Positions 37,401-49,110 of a stretch of 64,000 bases of DNA are shown in pieces (the first letter of the stretch is position 1; each line of letters begins with the position of its first letter). Below the pieces are notes generated by a model that did no database searches, was not told the DNA's origin, and worked only from the letters and a program-made list of their open reading frames with translations. The stretch is from Balanoglossus misakiensis. Its lineage: Eukaryota; Animalia; Hemichordata. The stretch spans positions 11,363,309-11,427,308 of the forward strand of contig CM082591.2 of NCBI GenBank assembly GCA_040954595.2, written 5' to 3'. A program made the translations under genes and the position numbers.

Positions 37401-40400
37401 TGTGTTTGGAAGCAACCATGGAAATTTTAGAACTATCCGTCCATCAACTGAGTCTAGTGGAAAACTTTCTGATGCGCATAGGCCTATCATGTGTTTTGCG
37501 CATCACAACAGAATTAAATTAATGACCGTAGCTGTGTTTGGAAGCAACCATGGAAATATTAGAACTATCCGTCGATCTACTGAGTCTAGTGGAAAACTTT
37601 CTGATGCGCATGGGCCTATCATGTGTTTTGCGCATCACAACAGAATTAAATTAATAAATGTAGCTGTGTTTGGAAGCAACCATGGACATTTTAGAACTAT
37701 CCGTCGATCTACTGAGTCTAGTGGAAAACTTTCTTATGCGCATAGGCCTATCTATGTGTTCTGCGCATCACAACAGAATTTTGTAAACAAACGAGGATGT
37801 GTTTGGAAGCAACCATGGAAACTTTAGAACTATCCGTCAATCTACAGAGTCTAGTGGAAAACTTTCTTATCCTCATAGGCCTATCATGTGTTCTGCGCAT
37901 CACAACAGAATTTTGTAAACAAACAAGGCTGTGTTTGGAAGCAACCATGGAAACTTTAGAACTATCCGTCGATCTACAGAGTCTAGTGGAAAACTTTTTT
38001 ATGCGCATAGGCCTATCATGTATTCTGAGCATCACAACAGATTTTCTTAAATAACGAGGCTGTGTTTGGAAGCAACCATGGAAATTTTAGAACTATCCGT
38101 CGATCTACTGAGTCTAGTGGAAAACTTTCTGATGCGCATAGGCCTATCATGTGTTTTGCGCATCACAACAGAATTAAATTAATGAACGTAGCTGTGTTTG
38201 GAAGCAACAATGGAAATTTTAGAACTATCCGTCGATCTACTGAGTCTAGTGGAAAACTTTCTGATGCGCATAGGCCTATCATGTGTTCTGCGCATCACAA
38301 CAGAATTTTGTAAACAAACGAGGCTGTGTTTGGAAGCAACCATGGAAATTTTAGAACTATCCGTCGATCTACTGAGTCTAGTGGAAAACTTTTTTACGCG
38401 CATAGGCCTATCATGTGTCCTGCGCATCACAACAGAATTCGGTAAATAAACGAGGGTGTGTTTGGAAGCAACCATGGAAATTTTAGAACTATCCGTCCAT
38501 CTACAGAGTCTAGTGGAAAACTTTCTTATGCGCATAGGCTTATCTATGTGTTCTACGCATCACAACAGAATTCGGTAAATAAACGAGGCTGTGTTTGGAA
38601 GCAACCATGGAAAATTTAGAACTATCCGTCCATCTACAGAGTCTAGTGGAAAACTTGCTTATGCGCTTAGGCCTATCATGTGTCCTGCGCATCACAACAG
38701 AATTCAATTAATAAACGTGGCTGTGTTTGGAAGCAACCATGGAAATTTTAGAACTATCCGTCGATCTAAAGAGTGTAGTCGAAAACTTTCTTATGCGCAT
38801 AGACCTATCATGTGTTCTGCGCATCACAACAGAATTTTGTAAACAAACGAGGCTGTGTTTGGAAGCAACCATGGAAACTTTAGAACTATCCGTCGATCTA
38901 CAGAGTCTAGTGGAAAACTTTCTTATGCGCATAGACCTATCATATGTTCTGCGCATCACAACAGAATTTTGTAAACAAACGAGGCTGTGTTTGGAAGCAA
39001 CCATGGAAACTTTAGAACTATCCGTCGATCTACAGAGTCTAGTGGAAAACCTTTTTATGCGCATAGGCCTATCATGTATTCTGCGCATCACAACAGATTT
39101 TCTTAAATAACGAAGCTGTGTTTGGAAGCAACCATGGAAATTTTAGAACTATCCGTCGATCTACTGAGTCTAGTGGAAAACTTTCTGATGCGCATAGGCC
39201 TATCATGTGTTTTGCGCATCACACCAGAATTAAATTAATGAACGTAGCTGTGTTTGGAAGCAACCATGGAAATTTTAGAACTATCCGTCCATCTACTGAG
39301 TCTAGTGGAAAACTTTCTGATGCGCATAGGCCTATCATGTGTTTTGCGCATCACAACAGAATTAAATTAATGAACGTAGCTGTGTTTGGAAGCAACCATG
39401 GAAATTTTAGAACTATCCGTCGATCTACTGAGTCTAGTGGAAAACTTTCTGATGCGCATGGGCCTATCATGTGTTTTGCGCATCACAACAGAATTAAATT
39501 AATAAACGTAGCTGTGTTTGGAAGCAACCATGGACATTTTAGAACTATCCGTCGATCTACTGAGTCTAGTGGAAAACTTTCTTATGCGCATAGGCCTATC
39601 TATGTGTTCTGCGCATCACAACAGAATTTTGTAAACAAACGAGGATGTGTTTGGAAGCAACCATGGAAACTTTAGAACTATCCGTCAATCTACAGAGTCT
39701 AGTGGAAAACTTTCTAATCCTCATATGCCTATCATGTGTTCTGCGCATCACAACAGAATTTTGTAAACAAACAAGGCTGTGTTTGGAAGAAACCATGGAA
39801 ACTTTAGAACTATCCGTCGATCTACAGAGTCTAGTGGAAAACTTTTTTATGCGCATAGGCCTATCATGTATTCTGAGCATCACAACAGATTTTCTTAAAT
39901 AACGAGGCTGTGTTTAGAAGCAACCATGGAAATTTTAGAACTATCCGTCGATCTACTGAGTCTAGTGAAAAACTTTCTGATGCGCATAGGCCTATCATGT
40001 GTTTTGCGCATCACAACAGAATTAAATTAATGAACGTAGCTGTGTTTGGAAGCAACCATGGAAATTTTAGAACTATCCGTCGATCTACTGAGTCTAGTGG
40101 AAAACTTTCTGATGCGCATAGGCCTATCATGTGTTTTGCGCATCACAACAGAATTAAATTAATAAACGTAGCTGTGTTTGGAAGCAACCATGGACATTTT
40201 AGAACTATCCGTCGATCTACTGAGTCTAGTGGAAAACTTTCTTATGCGCATAGGCCTATCATGTGTTCTGCGCATCACAACAGAATTTTGTAAACAAACG
40301 AGGCTGTGTTTGGAAGCAACCATGGAAATTTTAGAACTATCCGTCGATCTACTGAGTCTAGTGGAAAACTTTCTTAAGCGCATAGGCCTATCTATGTGTT

Positions 40401-43400
40401 CTGCGCATCACAACAGAATTTTGTAAACAAACGAGGATGTGTTTGGAAGCAACCATGGAAACTTTAGAACTATCCGTCAATCTACAGAGTCTAGTGGAAA
40501 ACTTTCTTATCCTCATAGGCCTATCATGTGTTCTGCGCATCACAACAGAATTTTGTAAACAAACAAGGCTGTGTTTGGAAGCAACCATGGAAACTTTAGA
40601 ACTATCCGTCCATCTACAGAGTCTAGTGGAAAACTTCCTTATGCGCTAAGGCCTATCATGTGTCCTGCGCATCACAACAGAATTCAATTAATAAACGTGG
40701 CTGTGTTTGGAAGCAACCATGGAAATTTTAGAACTATCCGTCGATCTACAGAGTGTAGTCGAAAACTTTCTTATGCGCATAGACCTATCATGTGTTCTGC
40801 GCATCACAACAGAATTTTGTAAACAAACGAGGCTGTGTTTGGAAGCAACCATGGAAACTTTAGAACTATCCGTCAATCTACAGAGTCTAGTGGAAAACTT
40901 TCTTATCCTCATAGGCCTATCATGTGTTCTGCGCATCACAACAGAATTTTGTAAACAAACAAGGCTGTGTTTGGAAGCAACCATGGAAACTTTAGAACTA
41001 TCCGTCCATCTACAGAGTCTAGTGGAAAACTTCCTTATGCGCTAAGGCCTATCATGTGTCCTGCGCATCACAACAGAATTCAATTAATAAACGTGGCTGT
41101 GTTTGGAAGCAACCATGGAAATTTTAGAACTATCCGTCGATCTACAGAGTGTAGTCGAAAACTTTCTTATGCGCATAGACCTATCATGTGTTCTGCGCAT
41201 CACAACAGAATTTTGTAAACAAACGAGGCTGTGTTTGGAAGCAACCATGGAAACTTTAGAACTATCCGTCGATCTACAGAGTCTAGTGGAAAACTTTCTT
41301 ATGCGCATAGACCTATCATATGTTCTGCGCATCACAACAGAATTTTGTAAACAAACGAGGCTGTGTTTGGAAGCAACCATGGAAACTTTAGAACTATCCG
41401 TCGATCTACAGAGTCTAGTGGAAAACTTTTTTATGCGCATAGGCCTATCATGTATTCTGAGCATCACAACAGATTTTCTTAAATAACGAGGCTGTGTTTG
41501 GAAGCAACCATGGAAATTTTAGAACTATCCGTCGATCTACTGAGTCTAGTGGAAAACTTTCTGATGCGCATAGGCCTATCATGTGTTTTGCGCATCACAA
41601 CAGAATTAAATTAATGAACGTAGCTGTGTTTGGAAGCAACCATGGAAATTTTAGAACTATCCGTCGATCTACTGAGTCTAGTGGAAAACTTTCTGATGCG
41701 CATAGGCCTATAATGTGTTTTGCGCATCACAACAGAATTAAATTAATAAACGTAGCTGTGTTTGGAAGCAACCATGGACATTTTAGAACTATCCGTCGAT
41801 CTACTGAGTCTAGTGAAAAACTTTCTGATGCGCATAGGCCTATCATGTGTTTTGCGCATCACAACAGAATTAAATTAATGAACGTAGCTGTGTTTGGAAG
41901 CAACCATGGAAATTTTAGAACTATCCGTCGATCTACTGAGTCTAGTGGAAAACTTTCTGATGCGCATAGGCCTATCATGTGTTTTGCGCATCACAACAGA
42001 ATTAAATTAATAAACGTAGCTGTGTTTGGAAGCAACCATGGACATTTTAGAACTATCCGTCGATCTACTGAGTCTAGTGGAAAACTTTCTTATGCGCATA
42101 GGCCTATCATGTGTTCTGCGCATCACAACAGAATTTTGTAAACAAACGAGGCTGTGTTTGGAAGCAACCATGGAAATTTTAGAACTATCCGTCGATCTAC
42201 TGAGTCTAGTGGAAAACTTTCTTAAGCGCATAGGCCTATCTATGTGTTCTGCGCATCACAACAGAATTTTGTAAACAAACGAGGATGTGTTTGGAAGCAA
42301 CCATGGAAACTTTAGAACTATCCGTCAATCTACAGAGTCTAGTGGAAAACTTTCTTATCCTCATAGGCCTATCATGTGTTCTGCGCATCACAACAGAATT
42401 TTGTAAACAAACAAGGCTGTGTTTGGAAGCAACCATGGAAACTTTAGAACTATCCGTCCATCTACAGAGTCTAGTGGAAAACTTCCTTATGCGCTAAGGC
42501 CTATCATGTGTCCTGCGCATCACAACAGAATTCAATTAATAAACGTGGCTGTGTTTGGAAGCAACCATGGAAATTTTAGAACTATCCGTCGATCTACAGA
42601 GTGTAGTCGAAAACTTTCTTATGCGCATAGACCTATCATGTGTTCTGCGCATCACAACAGAATTTTGTAAACAAACGAGGCTGTGTTTGGAAGCAACCAT
42701 GGAAACTTTAGAACTATCCGTCGATCTACAGAGTCTAGTGGAAAACTTTTTTATGCGCATAGGCCTATCATGTATTCTGAGCATCACAACAGATTTTCTT
42801 AAATAACGAGGCTGTGTTTAGAAGCAACCATGGAAATTTTAGAACTATCCGTCGATCTACTGAGTCTAGTGGAAAACTTTCTGATGCGCATAGGCCTATC
42901 ATGTGTTTTGCGCATCACAACAGAATTAAATTAATGAACGTAGCTGTGTTTGGAAGCAACCATGGAAATTTTAGAACTATCCGTCGATCTACTGAGTCTA
43001 GTGGAAAACTTTCTGATGCGCATAGGCCTATAATGTGTTTTGCGCATCACAACAGAATTAAATTAATAAACGTAGCTGTGTTTGGAAGCAACCATGGACA
43101 TTTTAGAACTATCCGTCGATCTACTGAGTCTAGTGGAAAACTTTCTTATGCGCATAGGCCTATCATGTGTTCTGCGCATCACAACAGAATTTTGTAAACA
43201 AACGAGGATGTGTTTGGAAGCAACCATGGAAACTTTAGAACTATCCGTCAATCTACAGAGTCTAGTGGAAAACTTTCTTATCCTCATAGGCCTATCATGT
43301 GTTCTGCGCATCACAACAGAATTTTGTAAACAAACAAGGCTGTGTTTGGAAGCAACCATGGAAACTTTAGAACTATCCGTCCATCTACAGAGTCTAGTGG

Positions 43401-46400
43401 AAAACTTCCTTATGCGCTAAGGCCTATCATGTGTCCTGCGCATCACAACAGAATTCAATTAATAAACGTGGCTGTGTTTGGAAGCAACCATGGAAATTTT
43501 AGAACTATCCGTCGATCTACAGAGTGTAGTCGAAAACTTTCTTATGCGCATAGACCTATCATGTGTTCTGCGCATCACAACAGAATTTTGTAAACAAACG
43601 AGGCTGTGTTTGGAAGCAACCATGGAAACTTTAGAACTATCCGTCGATCTACAGAGTCTAGTGGAAAACTTTCTTATGCGCATAGACCTATCATATGTTC
43701 TGCGCATCACAACAGAATTTTGTAAACAAACGAGGCTGTGTTTGGAAGCAACCATGGAAACTTTAGAACTATCCGTCGATCTACAGAGTCTAGTGGAAAA
43801 CTTTTTTATGCGCATAGGCCTATCATGTATTCTGAGCATCACAACAGATTTTCTTAAATAACGAGGCTGTGTTTGGAAGCAACCATGGAAATTTTAGAAC
43901 TATCCGTCGATCTACTGAGTCTAGTGGAAAACTTTCTGATGCGCATAGGCCTATCATGTGTTTTGCGCATCACAACAGAATTAAATTAATGAACGTAGCT
44001 GTGTTTGGAAGCAACCATGGAAATTTTAGAACTATCCGTCGATCTACTGAGTCTAGTGGAAAACTTTCTGATGCGCATAGGCCTATAATGTGTTTTGCGC
44101 ATCACAACAGAATTAAATTAATAAACGTAGCTGTGTTTGGAAGCAACCATGGACATTTTAGAACTATCCGTCGATCTACTGAGTCTAGTGAAAAACTTTC
44201 TGATGCGCATAGGCCTATCATGTGTTTTGCGCATCACAACAGAATTAAATTAATGAACGTAGCTGTGTTTGGAAGCAACCATGGAAATTTTAGAACTATC
44301 CGTCGATCTACTGAGTCTAGTGGAAAACTTTCTGATGCGCATAGGCCTATCATGTGTTTTGCGCATCACAACAGAATTAAATTAATAAACGTAGCTGTGT
44401 TTGGAAGCAACCATGGACATTTTAGAACTATCCGTCGATCTACTGAGTCTAGTGGAAAACTTTCTTATGCGCATAGGCCTATCATGTGTTCTGCGCATCA
44501 CAACAGAATTTTGTAAACAAACGAGGCTGTGTTTGGAAGCAACCATGGAAATTTTAGAACTATCCGTCGATCTACTGAGTCTAGTGGAAAACTTTCTTAA
44601 GCGCATAGGCCTATCTATGTGTTCTGCGCATCACAACAGAATTTTGTAAACAAACGAGGATGTGTTTGGAAGCAACCATGGAAACTTTAGAACTATCCGT
44701 CAATCTACAGAGTCTAGTGGAAAACTTTCTTATCCTCATAGGCCTATCATGTGTTCTGCGCATCACAACAGAATTTTGTAAACAAACAAGGCTGTGTTTG
44801 GAAGCAACCATGGAAACTTTAGAACTATCCGTCCATCTACAGAGTCTAGTGGAAAACTTCCTTATGCGCTAAGGCCTATCATGTGTCCTGCGCATCACAA
44901 CAGAATTCAATTAATAAACGTGGCTGTGTTTGGAAGCAACCATGGAAATTTTAGAACTATCCGTCGATCTACAGAGTGTAGTCGAAAACTTTCTTATGCG
45001 CATAGACCTATCATGTGTTCTGCGCATCACAACAGAATTTTGTAAACAAACGAGGCTGTGTTTGGAAGCAACCATGGAAACTTTAGAACTATCCGTCGAT
45101 CTACAGAGTCTAGTGGAAAACTTTCTTATGCGCATAGACCTATCATATGTTCTGCGCATCACAACAGAATTTTGTAAACAAACGAGGCTGTGTTTGGAAG
45201 CAACCATGGAAACTTTAGAACTATCCGTCGATCTACAGAGTCTAGTGGAAAACTTTTTTATGCGCATAGGCCTATCATGTATTCTGAGCATCACAACAGA
45301 TTTTCTTAAATAACGAGGCTGTGTTTAGAAGCAACCATGGAAATTTTAGAACTATCCGTCGATCTACTGAGTCTAGTGGAAAACTTTCTGATGCGCATAG
45401 GCCTATCATGTGTTTTGCGCATCACAACAGAATTAAATTAATGAACGTAGCTGTGTTTGGAAGCAACCATGGAAATTTTAGAACTATCCGTCGATCTACT
45501 GAGTCTAGTGGAAAACTTTCTGATGCGCATAGGCCTATAATGTGTTTTGCGCATCACAACAGAATTAAATTAATAAACGTAGCTGTGTTTGGAAGCAACC
45601 ATGGACATTTTAGAACTATCCGTCGATCTACTGAGTCTAGTGGAAAACTTTCTTATGCGCATAGGCCTATCATGTGTTCTGCGCATCACAACAGAATTTT
45701 GTAAACAAACGAGGATGTGTTTGGAAGCAACCATGGAAACTTTAGAACTATCCGTCAATCTACAGAGTCTAGTGGAAAACTTTCTTATCCTCATAGGCCT
45801 ATCATGTGTTCTGCGCATCACAACAGAATTTTGTAAACAAACAAGGCTGTGTTTGGAAGCAACCATGGAAACTTTAGAACTATCCGTCCATCTACAGAGT
45901 CTAGTGGAAAACTTCCTTATGCGCTAAGGCCTATCATGTGTCCTGCGCATCACAACAGAATTCAATTAATAAACGTGGCTGTGTTTGGAAGCAACCATGG
46001 AAATTTTAGAACTATCCGTCGATCTACAGAGTGTAGTCGAAAACTTTCTTATGCGCATAGACCTATCATGTGTTCTGCGCATCACAACAGAATTTTGTAA
46101 ACAAACGAGGCTGTGTTTGGAAGCAACCATGGAAACTTTAGAACTATCCGTCGATCTACAGAGTCTAGTGGAAAACTTTCTTATGCGCATAGACCTATCA
46201 TGTGTTCTGCGCATCACAACAGAATTTTGTAAACAAACGAGGCTGTGTTTGGAAGCAACCATGGAAACTTTAGAACTATCCGTCGATCTACAGAGTCTAG
46301 TGGAAAACTTTTTTATGCGCATAGGCCTATCATGTATTCTGCGCATCACAACAGATTTTCTTAAACAACGAGGCTGTGTTTGGAAGCAACCATGGAAATT

Positions 46401-48652
46401 TTAGAACTATCCGTCGATCTACTGAGTCTAGTGGAAAACTTTCTGATGCGCATAGGCCTATCATGTGTTTTGCGCATCACAACAGAATTAAATTAATAAA
46501 CGTAGCTGTGTTTGGAAGCAACCTTGGAAATTTTAGAACTATCCGTCGATCTACTGAGTCTAGTGGAAAACTTTCTGATGCGCATAGGCCTATCATGTGT
46601 TTTGCGCATCACAACAGAATTAAATTAATAAACGTAGCTGTGTTTGGAAGCAACCATGAAAATTTTAGAACTATCCGTCGATCTACTGAGTCTAGTGGAA
46701 AACTTTCTTATGCGCATAGGCCTATCATGTGTTCTGCGCATCACAACAGAATTTTGTAAACAAACGAGGCTGTGTTTGGAAGCAACCATGGAAATTTTAG
46801 AACTATCCGTCGATCTACTGAGTCTAGTGGAAAACTTTCTTAAGCGCATAGGCCTATCTATGTGTTCTGCGCATCACAACAGAATTTTGTAAACAAACGA
46901 GGATGTGTTTGGAAGCAACATGGAAACTTTAGAACTATCCGTCGATCTACAGAGTCTAGTGGAAAACTTCTTTATGCGCATAGGCTTATCTATGTGTACT
47001 ACGCATCACAACAGAATTCGGTAAATAAACGAGGCTGTGTTTGGAAGCAATCTTGGAAATTTTAGAACTATCAGTCGATCTACAGAGTCTAGTGGAAAAC
47101 TTTTTTACGCGCATAGGCCTATCATGTGTCCTGCGCATCACAACAGAATTCGGTAAATAAACGAGGGTGTGTTTGGAAGCAACCATGGAAATTTTAGAAC
47201 TATCCGTCCATCTACAGAGTCTAGTGGAAAACTTTCTTATGCGCATTGGCTTATCTATGTGTTCTACGCATCACAACAGAATTCGGTAAATAAACGAGGC
47301 AGTGTTTGGAAGCAACCATGGAAATTTTAGAACTATCCGTCCATCTACAGAGTCTAGTGGAAAACTTCCTTATGCGCTTAGGCCTATCGTGTGTCCTGCG
47401 CATCACAACAGAATTCAATTAATAAACGTGGCTGTGTTTGGAAGCAACCATGGAAATTTTAGAACTATCCGTCGATCTACAGAGTGTAGTCGAAAACTTT
47501 CTTATGCACATAGACCTATCATGTGTTCTGCGCATCACAACAGAATTTTGTAAACAAACGAGGCTGTGTTTGGAAGCAACCATGGAAACTTTAGAACTAT
47601 CCGTCGATCTACAGAGTCTAGTGGAAAACTTTTTTATGCGCATAGGCCTATCATGTATTCTGCGCATCACAACAGAATTTTGTAAAAAAACGAGGATGTG
47701 TTTGGAAGCAACCATGGAAATTTTAGAACTATCCGTCCATCTACAGAGTCTAGTGGAAAACTTCCTTATGCGCTTAGGCCTATCATGTGTCCTGCGCATC
47801 ACAACAGAATTCAATTAATAAACGTGGCTGTGTTTGGAAGCAACCATGGAAATTTTAGAACTATCCGACGATCTACAGAGTGTAGTCGAAAACTTTCTTA
47901 TGCGCATAGACCTATCATGTGTTCTGCGCATCACAACAGAATTTTGTTAATAAATTAACGAGGCTGTGTTTGGAAGCAACCATGGAAATTTTAGAACTAT
48001 CCGTCCATCTACAGAGTCTAGTGGAAAACTTCCTTATGCGTTTAGGCCTATCATGTGTCCTGCGCATCACAACAGAATTCAATTAATAAACGTGGCTGTG
48101 TTTGGAAGCAACCATGGAAATTTTAGAACTATCTGTCGATCTACCGAGTCTATCAGAAAACTTTCTCATGCGCATAGGTCTATCGTGTGTTCTGCGAATC
48201 ACAACCGATTTCCTCAAATAAACGAGGCTGTGTTTGGAAGCAACCATGGAAATTTTAGAACTATCTGTCGATCTACCGAGTCTATCAGAAAACTTTCTCA
48301 TGCGCATAGGTCTATCGTGTGTTCTGCGAATCACAACCGATTTCCTCAAATAAACGAGGCTGTGTTTGGAAGCATCCATGGAAATTTTAGAACTATCCGT
48401 CGATCTACAGAGTCTAGTGGAAAACTTTCTTATGCGCATAGGTCTATCGTGTGTTCTGCGAATCACAACAGATTTCCTCAAATAAACGAGGGTGTGTTTG
48501 GATGCAACCATGGAAATTTTAGAACTATCCGTCCATCTACAGAGTCTAGTGGAAAACTTTCTTATGCGCATAGGCTTATCTATGTGTTCTACGCATCACA
48601 ACAGAATTTGGTAAATAAACGAGGCTGTGTTTGGAAGCAACCATGGAAATTT
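16402..48652. repeat. 132-bp satellite array, segment 3, with variable higher-order repeats
   Basis: Continuous monomers; local periods 1456 (17432/18888), 1319, 2644, 4096 (26029/30125), 2917 (30125/33042), 1848 (37270/39118) and 2375 bp (41494/43869). Confidence 0.99.
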
Positions 48653-49110
48653 TAGTCTCGGTTACCCAGACGCCTTTGCTTCTTCCGATGCTCTCCAGAA
48701 AAGGGTCTGGGGAAATGCTATTGAAAGCTTTGTAAAACAAAATGGCCGATGTCAGGATTTTGATCATCGCCTGATTGGCTGAGCTGTCAGTATGACCCGG
48801 GTCACTGACTCTCGACAATGTGTGATTATTTGTCGTATCTTCATATCAAGAGACCGGTACTTGTTGGTTGATGCGAAAGGCAAAAGGCGTCCTCTGTTAG
48901 CATTGTTGGAGAAATTATATGAAATATCTTTGGTAGACGATTGTCGAAACTATTGCTGTGACCCGGGTCATACTGACAGCTCAGCCAATCAGGTGATGAT
49001 CAAAATCCTGACATCGGCCATTTTGTTTTACAAAGCTTTCAATAGCATTTCCCCAGACCCTTTTCTGGAGAGCATCGGAAGAAGCAAAGGCGTCTGGGTA
49101 ACCGAGACTA
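48653..49110. mobile_element. Non-autonomous long-TIR DNA transposon (458 bp), probably AcademH-like
   Basis: 153-bp TIRs (48653-48805, 48958-49110) with one mismatch (48769/48994), TAG...CTA ends, 9-bp TSD TGGAAATTT (48644-48652, 49111-49119); removal restores a normal monomer. MULE is an alternative assignment for a 9-bp TSD. Confidence 0.88.

Noticed and set aside
48643-48655. 13-bp TSD ATGGAAATTTTAG for the TIR element
   Set aside because: The longer match arises because the element's TAG/A ends coincide with satellite bases; symmetric TIR boundaries give 9 bp.
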